Assembly: GCA_964618995.1 (NCBI GenBank)
Contig: CAZUBQ010000002.1
Location: 25,352 to 89,351, forward strand
DNA length: 64,000 nucleotides
DNA from: an uncultured Candidatus Poseidoniales archaeon
GTDB lineage: Archaea; Thermoplasmatota; Poseidoniia; Poseidoniales; Thalassarchaeaceae
Direction of reading: 5' to 3'
Below, piece after piece: positions 28,649-37,220 of the stretch. A program made the translations under genes and the position numbers. Position 1 is the stretch's first letter. Each line of letters begins with the position of its first letter. The notes under the pieces were generated by a model, which saw only the letters and a program-made list of their open reading frames with translations, was not told the DNA's origin and made no database searches.

Positions 28649-31198
28649 TCACTCACCCATGAGCGCTCGGTGCACCTTCGCTTGCACATCGCGCATACGG
28701 TCCTGGGCGCCGAGTTCCTGGAAGACTGTGAGTGAACGCTGCAGGTATTCCATTCGATGTTCCCTATCCCGTGCGGCTTCTCCTAGACGGGCGAGCAACT
28801 CGCCGATGAGTACTCTGTAGTCGTTTGATTCTGCGAGAGCGAGAGCTTCTCGATACTGTTCAAGAGCCTCGTCCTGTCGACCTGCGTCGACGAGCACCTC
28901 CCCAAGCAGCAACTTGATCTCGACTGCGGAGTGCTGGTCAGCCTCCTCGCTCATCTGCTCGAGTGCCTCAGAGTAGTGGAGCAGTGCCAGTTCTGGATCA
29001 CCGCTGCGAGCGTAGAAGCGGCCGAGTACTGCCCTAGCGCGCGCATGGAGCGACTTGTCCCCTGTGGCAAGAGTCTCGTCGTGAGCCACCATCGCGTGCT
29101 CACGAGCGCGATCGAGTTCGTCCATCTCAAGCAACGATGCAGCCAACTTGATGCGCGCGGCGGCGAACGAAGGATCCTTCTCTGAACCCAACAGAACTTC
29201 GACGTTCTCGCATGTCTCCAGAGCACGCTTCAAATCCTTCTGACGCCTGTAGATGTAGCCCATGTTGTTGTACGTCCGCGCCGCTCCAAGTGCATCATCC
29301 AGTTCGATGAACTGCACCAGAGCGTCACGATGCATTTCGAGTGCTGTGTCTATGTCTCCACGCATCATGTTGATGTCCGCTTGGCTGGAGTAGATGCGCG
29401 CGGTCGCCAACTTGCCGTCATCGCTCTTGTCAAGCAACTCCAGCGCCTCGGAGTAGAGTGCGCCCGCTTCTTCCCATCTACCTTGGATTGAGAGGATGTC
29501 ACCGCGCAGTTCCAGTACCACAGCCCACGCTGAATCCTCAACATCGCTCTTTTCGACAACGTCGAGGATTCCCAGCAGTTCCATGTGACCTGATGCCACC
29601 AAGGCGCGACCAGTGGTTGCTATCTCGGCACCCAACTCCTCACTGTCTCCGGTGTAGCGCAGATGGTAGAGGAATTCGATATTCTGCGATGGTTCCCGTC
29701 GGTGGTTTCGGTACCATTCTACAGCCGCCGCGTGCAGGTCTCGACGTGTCTGATCGTCATGAGAACGTGATAGGAACTCGCGGACCAGATCGTGTACGTC
29801 GTAATTCTCAGTGTCCGCTTGCCGTGCCAGCCCCTTGTCAACCAGATCGTCAAGTAGGTCTGTCTCCAATTCCTGCATTGTCAATGCCTCCAACGGCATT
29901 GGTTCGCGGAACACGGCCAACGCCCCCAGAAGACGCTTCTCTCCACCGGAGAGCTTGCTGAAAATCTCCTGCTCGACATACGTCTCAAGAGTCTCGTGGA
30001 AAGTGGCGCCAATCGACCCACGGTTGATCAGTTCCAATACCAAGGGGTGACCGCGTGACAGACCGTAGATGTGCATGTAGGTGACCTCGTCCATGTCAGG
30101 AAGTGCGGTCAGCAATTCCCGTGAAGATTCTCGATCCAGCCCTTCCAAGTGAACGACCAGCGTCATGATGTTCCCCTCGGCGTCAGTCAGAGGCATCACT
30201 GGGCGGAACGAACGAGAGAACAGCACGATTCCGACATCATCCATCTCTTCCATCCTCTGCGAGAGGCCACGGATTACTGAGAACAGCACCTCGTCGCCCA
30301 ATTTGTGCAGGTCGTCGATGACAATCAGCGCCGAAGTGTTCGCGAGTCCTCCGACTATCAGGTTGACTGACATAGGGGCCGAGGGGACCGGCGTCGTGGA
30401 CAGATAGTCAGACAATCCGTCATCACCAATGGCTGACAGCCAATCCGAGGCCACCTCGAGGAACGAACGCGCGCCCTCCCAGTCCTGCACTCGGTGGTAG
30501 AGCAGGTTTCTCTTGTGGGTGAACCTCTCGACCAGTTTGGCGGCCAATGAGGTCTTGCCGATGCCCGCTATTCCGGGCACAAGAATAGTGGTGGAGCGAG
30601 CATCGAGGAGGTCAACCATGGTCTTCAACTCGGCATCACGCCCCACGAAATGACGCATCCTGGGAAGGTCGCCGAGCACGGTCACCAACTGCTTCTCTAC
30701 GTGCTTCGACAGATCCCTTTCAATCAAGTCGGGAGTCAAATTGCGCATATCCAGCACGCCGTTGTCATCTAGATAGCGTAGCACGTCGGTGGGCCTGATT
30801 GCGAACGGAGACTGCTCGACGGAGCCGGCGAGGGTAGTGGATTCAGTCGAGCCATCTTGGACGATTAGGCGTACAGGGTGTTCAGCCAGCCGCTCCCATG
30901 TCTCCTCAGCCAGTTTCATTCCGGATTCAGTGAGGAAGTAGGCCTTCCGTTTGCGGGTCACTCCAGATACGTGTGCCTGCCTCTCGATGAGCAGATTCTG
31001 GTCCTTCAGTCCAGCGATGGCGCGCGGGACGTTGCTGCGAGCGATGGCGACAGCGTTAGCGATGCCCATCTGTGACAGAGAGAACGGTACCTCGACCTTG
31101 TCGGAGTAATCGGCGTAGTCCCACAAGTGGAGCAGGATGCGCTCCTGCACCCCCGGCTTCACCTGCACCATTTCATTCACCTCGTCCGAGTTCATCAC
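28649..31198 (-). CDS. STAND-class signal-transduction NTPase: N-terminal winged-HTH DNA-binding domain, NB-ARC-like P-loop NTPase and C-terminal TPR array
   Basis: wHTH (…LSQMGIANAVAIARSNVPRAIAGLKDQNLL…). Walker A GIAGIGKT, Walker B LIVIDDLH, and a GHPLVLEL motif (the GxP/'GLPL' motif of NB-ARC). Multiple C-terminal TPR-like repeats (…AARTYNNMGYIYRRQKDLKRALE…). Confidence 0.75.
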   Translation of the reverse strand: MMNSDEVNEMVQVKPGVQERILLHLWDYADYSDKVEVPFSLSQMGIANAVAIARSNVPRAIAGLKDQNLLIERQAHVSGVTRKRKAYFLTESGMKLAEETWERLAEHPVRLIVQDGSTESTTLAGSVEQSPFAIRPTDVLRYLDDNGVLDMRNLTPDLIERDLSKHVEKQLVTVLGDLPRMRHFVGRDAELKTMVDLLDARSTTILVPGIAGIGKTSLAAKLVERFTHKRNLLYHRVQDWEGARSFLEVASDWLSAIGDDGLSDYLSTTPVPSAPMSVNLIVGGLANTSALIVIDDLHKLGDEVLFSVIRGLSQRMEEMDDVGIVLFSRSFRPVMPLTDAEGNIMTLVVHLEGLDRESSRELLTALPDMDEVTYMHIYGLSRGHPLVLELINRGSIGATFHETLETYVEQEIFSKLSGGEKRLLGALAVFREPMPLEALTMQELETDLLDDLVDKGLARQADTENYDVHDLVREFLSRSHDDQTRRDLHAAAVEWYRNHRREPSQNIEFLYHLRYTGDSEELGAEIATTGRALVASGHMELLGILDVVEKSDVEDSAWAVVLELRGDILSIQGRWEEAGALYSEALELLDKSDDGKLATARIYSSQADINMMRGDIDTALEMHRDALVQFIELDDALGAARTYNNMGYIYRRQKDLKRALETCENVEVLLGSEKDPSFAAARIKLAASLLEMDELDRAREHAMVAHDETLATGDKSLHARARAVLGRFYARSGDPELALLHYSEALEQMSEEADQHSAVEIKLLLGEVLVDAGRQDEALEQYREALALAESNDYRVLIGELLARLGEAARDREHRMEYLQRSLTVFQELGAQDRMRDVQAKVHRALMGE

Positions 31199-31229
31199 CG
31201 GTTAGCAATCAATGTGCGCACGGCACCGT

Positions 31230-34200
31230 TCACTGCTGGGGTGGGCCACCTGACTGGTCTGGAATCCATTGGTTACTTGCCGCATCCCACTGCCATCCAG
31301 GATAGGCCGGTTGCGCTGCTGGCTCTGCTGCTGGCTGTGCTGCAGCATGTGCCGCTGGTTGAGCAGCAGCCTGTTCCTGCGGCGCCTGCTTGCCCCACGC
31401 GTATACGTCCTCATCCTCTTGGGACTCCTCAGACATCAGTAGCGACTCGTCGTCCACCTCTTCGAACTCGACGAAGAAGAACACGAACACACCGCCGAGC
31501 AGAGCGACGATGACCACCAAGAGTAGCGCCCAGAGGATCCAACCGAATTTGCTCCCATCATCCGCGTCACCTACCTGGATGCTGTAGCTCGTTTCGGTCA
31601 TACGCTCATTGTCATAGTCGAACACCACGATGTTGCTGCCTCTCTCCAACTTGGATGCGGGCACGTCGATGGTCCAACTGCCATTTTCGGAGATTTGCGC
31701 ACTGCCTAGACGCATTGCGTTCAACCCAGAGCGCGCGACCACCTCAACGCCGGGTCTGCCGGTGCCAGCGAACGTGACTGTACCATCGACGTCGATGTTT
31801 CCGCTGCCAACTCGCTGGACACTGAAACTCACCGCGTTCACCACGAAATCGACTTCGAGCGAGTACGCCTTGCTGTTGTGTGGATCCTTGGCGAGGAACT
31901 TCATCCCCGAGCAGGACCATTCGGCCATGTCGGGTGAATAGAACGACATCGCAACCGGGTTGTAGGTCGCTTTGCCATTGACGTCTATCTGGATTTGCTC
32001 TGCACACTGGTCGTCATCGTACGTTTGCGGGTCATCCCACACCTCAATGCTCAGATCCTCGCCCTCAGGATCGTAGAACCAACCCGCGAGTTCGACACTG
32101 GCTCCATCACCACAGCGATCCGGAGCCTGACTGTTCTCTTCACAGAAGATGACGTGCGTGCGCTGCCAACTCTGCTCCTGAGTCACCGAGGAGCCGTCGA
32201 GCAAATCGACCGTCTCTCCCTCGGCGAGATATATTGGAGCGAGATTGTTGGCATCGGGTGGGTTATCGATGATAATCTCCCTCTGAACCCAATCACTGTA
32301 CAGTTGTCCGTCCTTGGAGCGCGCCTGCACGAGATAGTGGAAATCGTGCACCAGCCTGGAGGTGTCCCAAGTAGTCGACCATGCGCCGTTGGGAGCGATG
32401 GTGGTGATAACGGAATGAGGTCCAGGGGGGCGCTCATTCATGGCGTCCTGCGGATCAAGTATCCTGATCTCGACCTTGGAAACGTCACCATCCGTGTCGC
32501 GGGCGACGCCGGAGATGATCGTGTCCGGTCCGGCACGAACGACCTGCATGTCATAGGGTTCAATCAACGTGATGAGCGGGGGTGCATTCGTATTGTCGAT
32601 ATCGAGGGTGAGCTCAACCGGAGTACACTCACCAATCACCCCGCGGCAGAACGATGAGTCGGACGCCCAGATGCGGAACATCCAATCTGTACGCACTTTC
32701 GGCATCCCGGAGAAGTTCCAGTCCCACGACCAAATCGGCCCTCCTACCACTGGGACCGTTGTCGTGTTGAATACAGATGAACTGATTTCGAAGTGGATCT
32801 GATCGATGTCACTACCATAGACGCCGTTGTACGGGTCACTGGCTGTGCCGCTGAAGGTGACGATGCCCGAATCGAACAGCGAACCGTCCGTCGGCGTTAC
32901 CACGTGGATGACTGGGGCCACCGTGTTGAGTCTGATTGTTCGCGTCACGACTGGACTGTAGTCGACACCATCCCAGGCGCGGAACTCGAAGGTGTAGTCG
33001 TTCTCTGGTTCCAGTGACATGTCATACTCGAAGTGCCAGATGCGGAATGGCCTGTTATCACTGGTCACTTCACCGTTCGCGTTGCTGTCGTCCACCGCGT
33101 AACGGGTGTCATTCCACGAACTGGATGCGGGCGTCTTAATCTCGATGCGCTCGATAGCACCCTTCTGCTCCCAGCGCGCCTGCTCGTCGGAGTTGAATAT
33201 CCCTGTGCCGATGTTTCCATCCCAACCCGAGCCAGTGAAGTTCACCTGACGCTTGAAAGAATGTCCGTCGAGTTGGGTGACAGTGACTGTGGGAGCCATA
33301 TTGTCGAGGGAAATGACCTGGTCCAAGGTCCCTGTCAGGTTGAACCAGTGCTTCTCGTATCCCTTGCCGAACTTGTATGTGGTCACGTAGTACTTCGACA
33401 ACTCACGCGTCGCCGACCCCTGCTGGCAATCTGGGTCATCCGAGTCGTAAAGCAAATCTCCGTCGTTGTCGATTCCGTCGCTGCAAGAATTCTCACCCGG
33501 ATCCCCTGCGAAGTCGTTGGGGTTGTCACCATTGCCTCTGATGTCAAGATGGAAGTCCGAGGGGAGTGCCACCCACGGCGTGAAACCGAACGGATCGGTG
33601 TCCATATCGTACATGTCGTTGCCGTGCGCATCTTCCAGCAACACCGTCGCACCTCCGACGCGCACACCGTTGACGGTGGCACGGAAGCGCACCAGTTCTG
33701 CCCTCCTCAGTTGAACCGACCACGTGCCGGCAGCTTGGGCGATATGTGCTTTGGAGAGGTCGAAGTTCGTCAGGTTGGCGAAAGTCAACACCGTCGAGTT
33801 GTTCACCAGTTCGAGTGACAACGGGAAGTTGCGAGGCGGAATGATCTGAGTAGGGGCGAGGTCGAGTTTGTTGCCCCAACCGTTGTTCGGATCGGCGTCT
33901 GCACTAATCCAACGGAGTTCCATCGGATAAGTCGTGGACGAAGTCGGATTAGGAATCAACTCAGACTGAACCGTCACCGAACTCTCTGAGATGTTGTACA
34001 CCTGCGATACGTTGTTCCAAGTGTTACCCGAGAAAAAGGCGAGCGAACCGTATTGTGGACCGCTCGGCACATCGTGCTGAACGACTCGTGCGCCCACTCC
34101 TGCAGCAGTGAACGAGTTGTCCTGGACGTCGATGATAGCTCCAATCGCTCTGATGGCATCACCCTGAGCGTTGTTCACAGTGTTGCGATGGATGCTGACA

Positions 34201-35630
34201 CTGGAGCGGAACAGGTGGAACACAGGGCAGGTGAATTCACTGTCCCACACCTTCTCACTCTGACACGTGCCGCTCACGTTACTGAAGGTGTTGTCCGCGA
34301 ACCATCCCCGAGCAGGCTGTGGACCAGACACAGTCCAGCCCTGGTCCCCGAAGTGGTACTCGCCGAGAATGACCGGTTCGCGGTTGATGTCCTGGAATGT
34401 GTTGTTGTCAGCGATGATGTCAACATAGCCGACACCCCAGATTCCATTGTAGCCACCAATCGGGCCGATGATGTTGCGGCTGAACTTGACCTCTGCCAAT
34501 TCCGGGTAGTTTGACACGACCTGGATTCCAGACCCATCATCAGCACCCTCCATCACGTTGTCCTCGAAGGTCACCAGAGCGCCGTCATAGGCGGTGAGCG
34601 GTGAGTTGTCTGCGGTTGAAATGCTGTTATGGTTAGCAAACAGTTCGTAGTCGTAGCCAAGAATCGTTCGCCTTCCATTGACATCGATTCCTGTGCAATC
34701 AGTCTGGAGCGTGTTGCTTGATATCGTTCCCGCGGAATCAGTGTAGCGATAACCGTAGTCCGCGCTGGCAACCACACCGTGGTCGATGTTCAGGAACGAC
34801 TTCTGCGCCCAGACGACGTGGCGGCCGTTGTCCTGTGAACTACATCCAGAGGATGTGCCAGAGAACACGGGGCTGTCAAGAGTCACCGGGTTGTTTGGCG
34901 TGCCCGCGCCGTAAGCCTGGATGGCCTGTCCAAGCAGAGACTCGACGCGCTCCTCGCTGCCGACGGTGAACGTACCACCGACGAAATGTGGTGAGGCAAG
35001 ATCGAGGATGAGCACACTTGAGGTGTTGATATCCTCAAACAACAGCCCTGTCGATGTCGGGCTGGCACCATCGAAGACCAGCGCGCCGTAGCGCACCTCG
35101 CTGATGTCAGTGGCGAAGCGGGGGATTCCATACGCATTCTTGATCTCAAGGTGATTCAACTTGGTCTGCTGCACATCGATGGTATCCCTGATTAGGATGC
35201 CTTCGTAGCAAGAGGGGTCCGCGTTGTAGAGCGGCTGGCCGTTGGACGGGTTGTTCAGCCAGTAGCAGTTTCCGCGGGCCGACCAGTTGCTCGGATCGCT
35301 CCAAGTGAATGTGGCCTTGCTCGAGTTGCTCCCCATGCCATTTGCGCCACAGCCAGTGTCCGCCGCGCATAAGTTGCCCCTTACGTGTAGGAACGTACCG
35401 TTCGCCATGGTGACCGTAGTCCCGGGCTGGATGATCAGTTTCGCCCCGGGCGCCACCTCCACGTTACCGGTGACCGTGTGTGACCCCTGCCATATCTCGG
35501 TTCCAGATATGACTCCGCTCTGGGTTTCATTCGAAGCGACGGCGGTCGGCAGAGCCAACAACAGCGCGCTCAGCGAGGTGAGCACCATGAGGCTCACCAG
35601 CGTGAAACTCTTCATTCGATTGTCATTCAT
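31230..35630 (-). CDS. giant (about 1470 aa) surface protein with right-handed parallel beta-helix (PbH1) repeats, Ig-like/CARDB-like domains, one C-terminal TM and a Gln/Ala/Pro-rich cytoplasmic tail; probable start MNDNRMKSF, or MKSF at ~35615
   Basis: Signal peptide MKSFTLVSLMVLTSLSALLLALPTAVAS. Repeated N-x-x-x-G-x-A-I motifs typical of pectate-lyase-fold repeats. A DGIDNDGD calcium-type loop. TM ILWALLLVVIVALLGGVFVFFFV. Tail with AAAQPAAHAAAQPAAEPAAQPA and YPGWQWD...NQW. Confidence 0.8.
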   Translation of the reverse strand: MNDNRMKSFTLVSLMVLTSLSALLLALPTAVASNETQSGVISGTEIWQGSHTVTGNVEVAPGAKLIIQPGTTVTMANGTFLHVRGNLCAADTGCGANGMGSNSSKATFTWSDPSNWSARGNCYWLNNPSNGQPLYNADPSCYEGILIRDTIDVQQTKLNHLEIKNAYGIPRFATDISEVRYGALVFDGASPTSTGLLFEDINTSSVLILDLASPHFVGGTFTVGSEERVESLLGQAIQAYGAGTPNNPVTLDSPVFSGTSSGCSSQDNGRHVVWAQKSFLNIDHGVVASADYGYRYTDSAGTISSNTLQTDCTGIDVNGRRTILGYDYELFANHNSISTADNSPLTAYDGALVTFEDNVMEGADDGSGIQVVSNYPELAEVKFSRNIIGPIGGYNGIWGVGYVDIIADNNTFQDINREPVILGEYHFGDQGWTVSGPQPARGWFADNTFSNVSGTCQSEKVWDSEFTCPVFHLFRSSVSIHRNTVNNAQGDAIRAIGAIIDVQDNSFTAAGVGARVVQHDVPSGPQYGSLAFFSGNTWNNVSQVYNISESSVTVQSELIPNPTSSTTYPMELRWISADADPNNGWGNKLDLAPTQIIPPRNFPLSLELVNNSTVLTFANLTNFDLSKAHIAQAAGTWSVQLRRAELVRFRATVNGVRVGGATVLLEDAHGNDMYDMDTDPFGFTPWVALPSDFHLDIRGNGDNPNDFAGDPGENSCSDGIDNDGDLLYDSDDPDCQQGSATRELSKYYVTTYKFGKGYEKHWFNLTGTLDQVISLDNMAPTVTVTQLDGHSFKRQVNFTGSGWDGNIGTGIFNSDEQARWEQKGAIERIEIKTPASSSWNDTRYAVDDSNANGEVTSDNRPFRIWHFEYDMSLEPENDYTFEFRAWDGVDYSPVVTRTIRLNTVAPVIHVVTPTDGSLFDSGIVTFSGTASDPYNGVYGSDIDQIHFEISSSVFNTTTVPVVGGPIWSWDWNFSGMPKVRTDWMFRIWASDSSFCRGVIGECTPVELTLDIDNTNAPPLITLIEPYDMQVVRAGPDTIISGVARDTDGDVSKVEIRILDPQDAMNERPPGPHSVITTIAPNGAWSTTWDTSRLVHDFHYLVQARSKDGQLYSDWVQREIIIDNPPDANNLAPIYLAEGETVDLLDGSSVTQEQSWQRTHVIFCEENSQAPDRCGDGASVELAGWFYDPEGEDLSIEVWDDPQTYDDDQCAEQIQIDVNGKATYNPVAMSFYSPDMAEWSCSGMKFLAKDPHNSKAYSLEVDFVVNAVSFSVQRVGSGNIDVDGTVTFAGTGRPGVEVVARSGLNAMRLGSAQISENGSWTIDVPASKLERGSNIVVFDYDNERMTETSYSIQVGDADDGSKFGWILWALLLVVIVALLGGVFVFFFVEFEEVDDESLLMSEESQEDEDVYAWGKQAPQEQAAAQPAAHAAAQPAAEPAAQPAYPGWQWDAASNQWIPDQSGGPPQQ
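31290..31385 (-). repeat. coding low-complexity repeat (AAQPAA x4)
   Basis: CTGCTGGCTSTGCTG-type units on the plus strand. They encode the cytoplasmic tail of the beta-helix giant. Confidence 0.6.
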
Positions 35631-35699
35631 GTTCACATACTCCTGATGTGAGCGGCCGATGGAGGGACTGAATATAAGCAAGAAGGCTCGACGCAATAG

Positions 35700-35790
35700 T
35701 ATTTGTATCAATTATCACTGTTTGTATCAATATTTTCTCGCTAATTTTCCTTACACTGTATCAATTTCAATGAAATGTATCAATTATTAA
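35700..35790 (-). promoter_or_regulatory. AT-rich upstream regulatory island with four direct copies of TGTATCAAT (candidate transcription-factor binding sites) upstream of the beta-helix giant gene
   Basis: Copies at ~35704, 35723, 35757 and 35776, arranged as 19-bp-spaced pairs 53 bp apart. Local GC is ~28% versus ~62% for the window. A TATA-like CTTATAT lies ~45 bp upstream of the ATG. Confidence 0.5.
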
Positions 35791-35861
35791 TATCATACCT
35801 AGGATGAAATATCAGAATTGGTCTAATGACTGGTTGGATATTACCGGAATCAGGTGTGATG

Positions 35862-37163
35862 TCACGTGGAAGAGGCAAGTCTGACCTCGACCTCTTCAAG
35901 CCAGGAGGTAGCATTCAACACCCCGTACCCGTAGCGCAGGTGGTGATCATCCAGCATCAACGGACTGGGGTCACATGAGTCGGCCAGAGCCTGCTTCACC
36001 AGGTCAATCGGCGCGCGATCACCCTCAGCAGCAGGTTGCAGCGCACCATGGTCTCGATGCCGCTCGAGGATCAATGCCAGCGCCCCGGTCACGAACACGG
36101 TCGCATCGCTTGTACCATCGCTGCGTGACCAAGTCGCACCTAGCTCCGTGGAGACGAAGGTGGAGTGGATCATCACCCCTGGGGCAACGACCTCAGGCTT
36201 CTGGTCAGGGGTGGACCTAGAACTCCCATCCGCCAATGTTGTTGCTCCGGCGCTGCTCTCTGACCACAGTGTCCGGTTACGGTGCACTGCTCCGACAGCG
36301 ATCACGTCATCGATATTCGCCGGGACGCTGACGTCCGGGTAATCCTGACCCGCCCCACCATGGTTACCAGCTGCCGCGACCACGAACACTCCGTTGTCGA
36401 GCGCCACATCCACAGCTTGCTCCGTACGTGTCCCGAGTTCAGTCACGAAGTCGGGCTTCCCCCCCAGACTCAGGCTGATGATGTGTGCCTGTTTCTCCAG
36501 CCAACACCATTCGATCGCATCCGCCACTACATTCTCAGCCCCGGATGAACCGTCGGCACCGAGCGCGGCTGCCACGATCAATTCGATTCCGGGCGCCGCT
36601 CCCGTGAACGTACCCTGAGCAGCGAGAATGCCCGCCATCATCGTGCCGTGCGAATGGGTTGCATCATTGTCGTGTGGATCTCCTTCCGTGTCGTGGACGA
36701 AATCCCGGAAGGCAACCAGATTGACATCAGATAGGTCCGGGTGGCTCGTGTCGATTCCTGTATCCACCAAGCATACTCGTACTCCCGCTCCTGTGAGGCC
36801 GATGTCGTTGAGGTCGCGGATGCCTGTTTCCTCGTATGCCCACTCAGAGTTGGGGATCAGGTCCTCGATGTAACTGGTCAGTAGATTCTGCGTGACCAGC
36901 AGCACAGCCAGCAGGATGATGATTATCCACAACCCCCATGGAAGGATGAGTGGGGGGCGCACTGGTCTGGCTGCGTCCGCCTCCTTCCAGCCACCAGGGT
37001 CCCGGTCGGAGGGCAGTCCGTAATCCTCAGCGGGGTATCCGGGTGCCTCGGGGTCGATTGCCGACAGCATTCTCGGTTCTTCAGGCTCTGGCAGGAACTC
37101 GACATCTTCCAGACCGAGTACCATCTGCTCCTCTCCGTACACTCCGAGGAGAGTACGCTTCAT
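35862..37163 (-). CDS. subtilisin-like serine protease (peptidase S8, halolysin-like) with an N-terminal signal-anchor (type II membrane topology)
   Basis: Catalytic Asp in VCLVDTGIDTSHPDL, catalytic His in HSHGTMMAGILAA, and a Ser motif near DGTSDAT. N-terminal cytoplasmic ~70 aa followed by TM LILPWGLWIIIILLAVLLV. Confidence 0.8.
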   Translation of the reverse strand: MKRTLLGVYGEEQMVLGLEDVEFLPEPEEPRMLSAIDPEAPGYPAEDYGLPSDRDPGGWKEADAARPVRPPLILPWGLWIIIILLAVLLVTQNLLTSYIEDLIPNSEWAYEETGIRDLNDIGLTGAGVRVCLVDTGIDTSHPDLSDVNLVAFRDFVHDTEGDPHDNDATHSHGTMMAGILAAQGTFTGAAPGIELIVAAALGADGSSGAENVVADAIEWCWLEKQAHIISLSLGGKPDFVTELGTRTEQAVDVALDNGVFVVAAAGNHGGAGQDYPDVSVPANIDDVIAVGAVHRNRTLWSESSAGATTLADGSSRSTPDQKPEVVAPGVMIHSTFVSTELGATWSRSDGTSDATVFVTGALALILERHRDHGALQPAAEGDRAPIDLVKQALADSCDPSPLMLDDHHLRYGYGVLNATSWLEEVEVRLASST

Positions 37164-37220
37164 CCACTCTTCGCACCGGTGAGTGGTTCGATTGTCCGAA
37201 CTGAGACCTACTCGCGGTGG

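Noticed and set aside
33033-33818. 261-aa plus-strand ORF inside the beta-helix giant
   Set aside because: Shadow ORF antisense to PbH1 repeat-coding sequence.
35795-35803. CCTAGGAT 8-mer shared between the AT-rich island and the region upstream of the AglB giant (~47085)
   Set aside because: About two chance occurrences of any 8-mer are expected in 64 kb on two strands. There is no additional flanking similarity.
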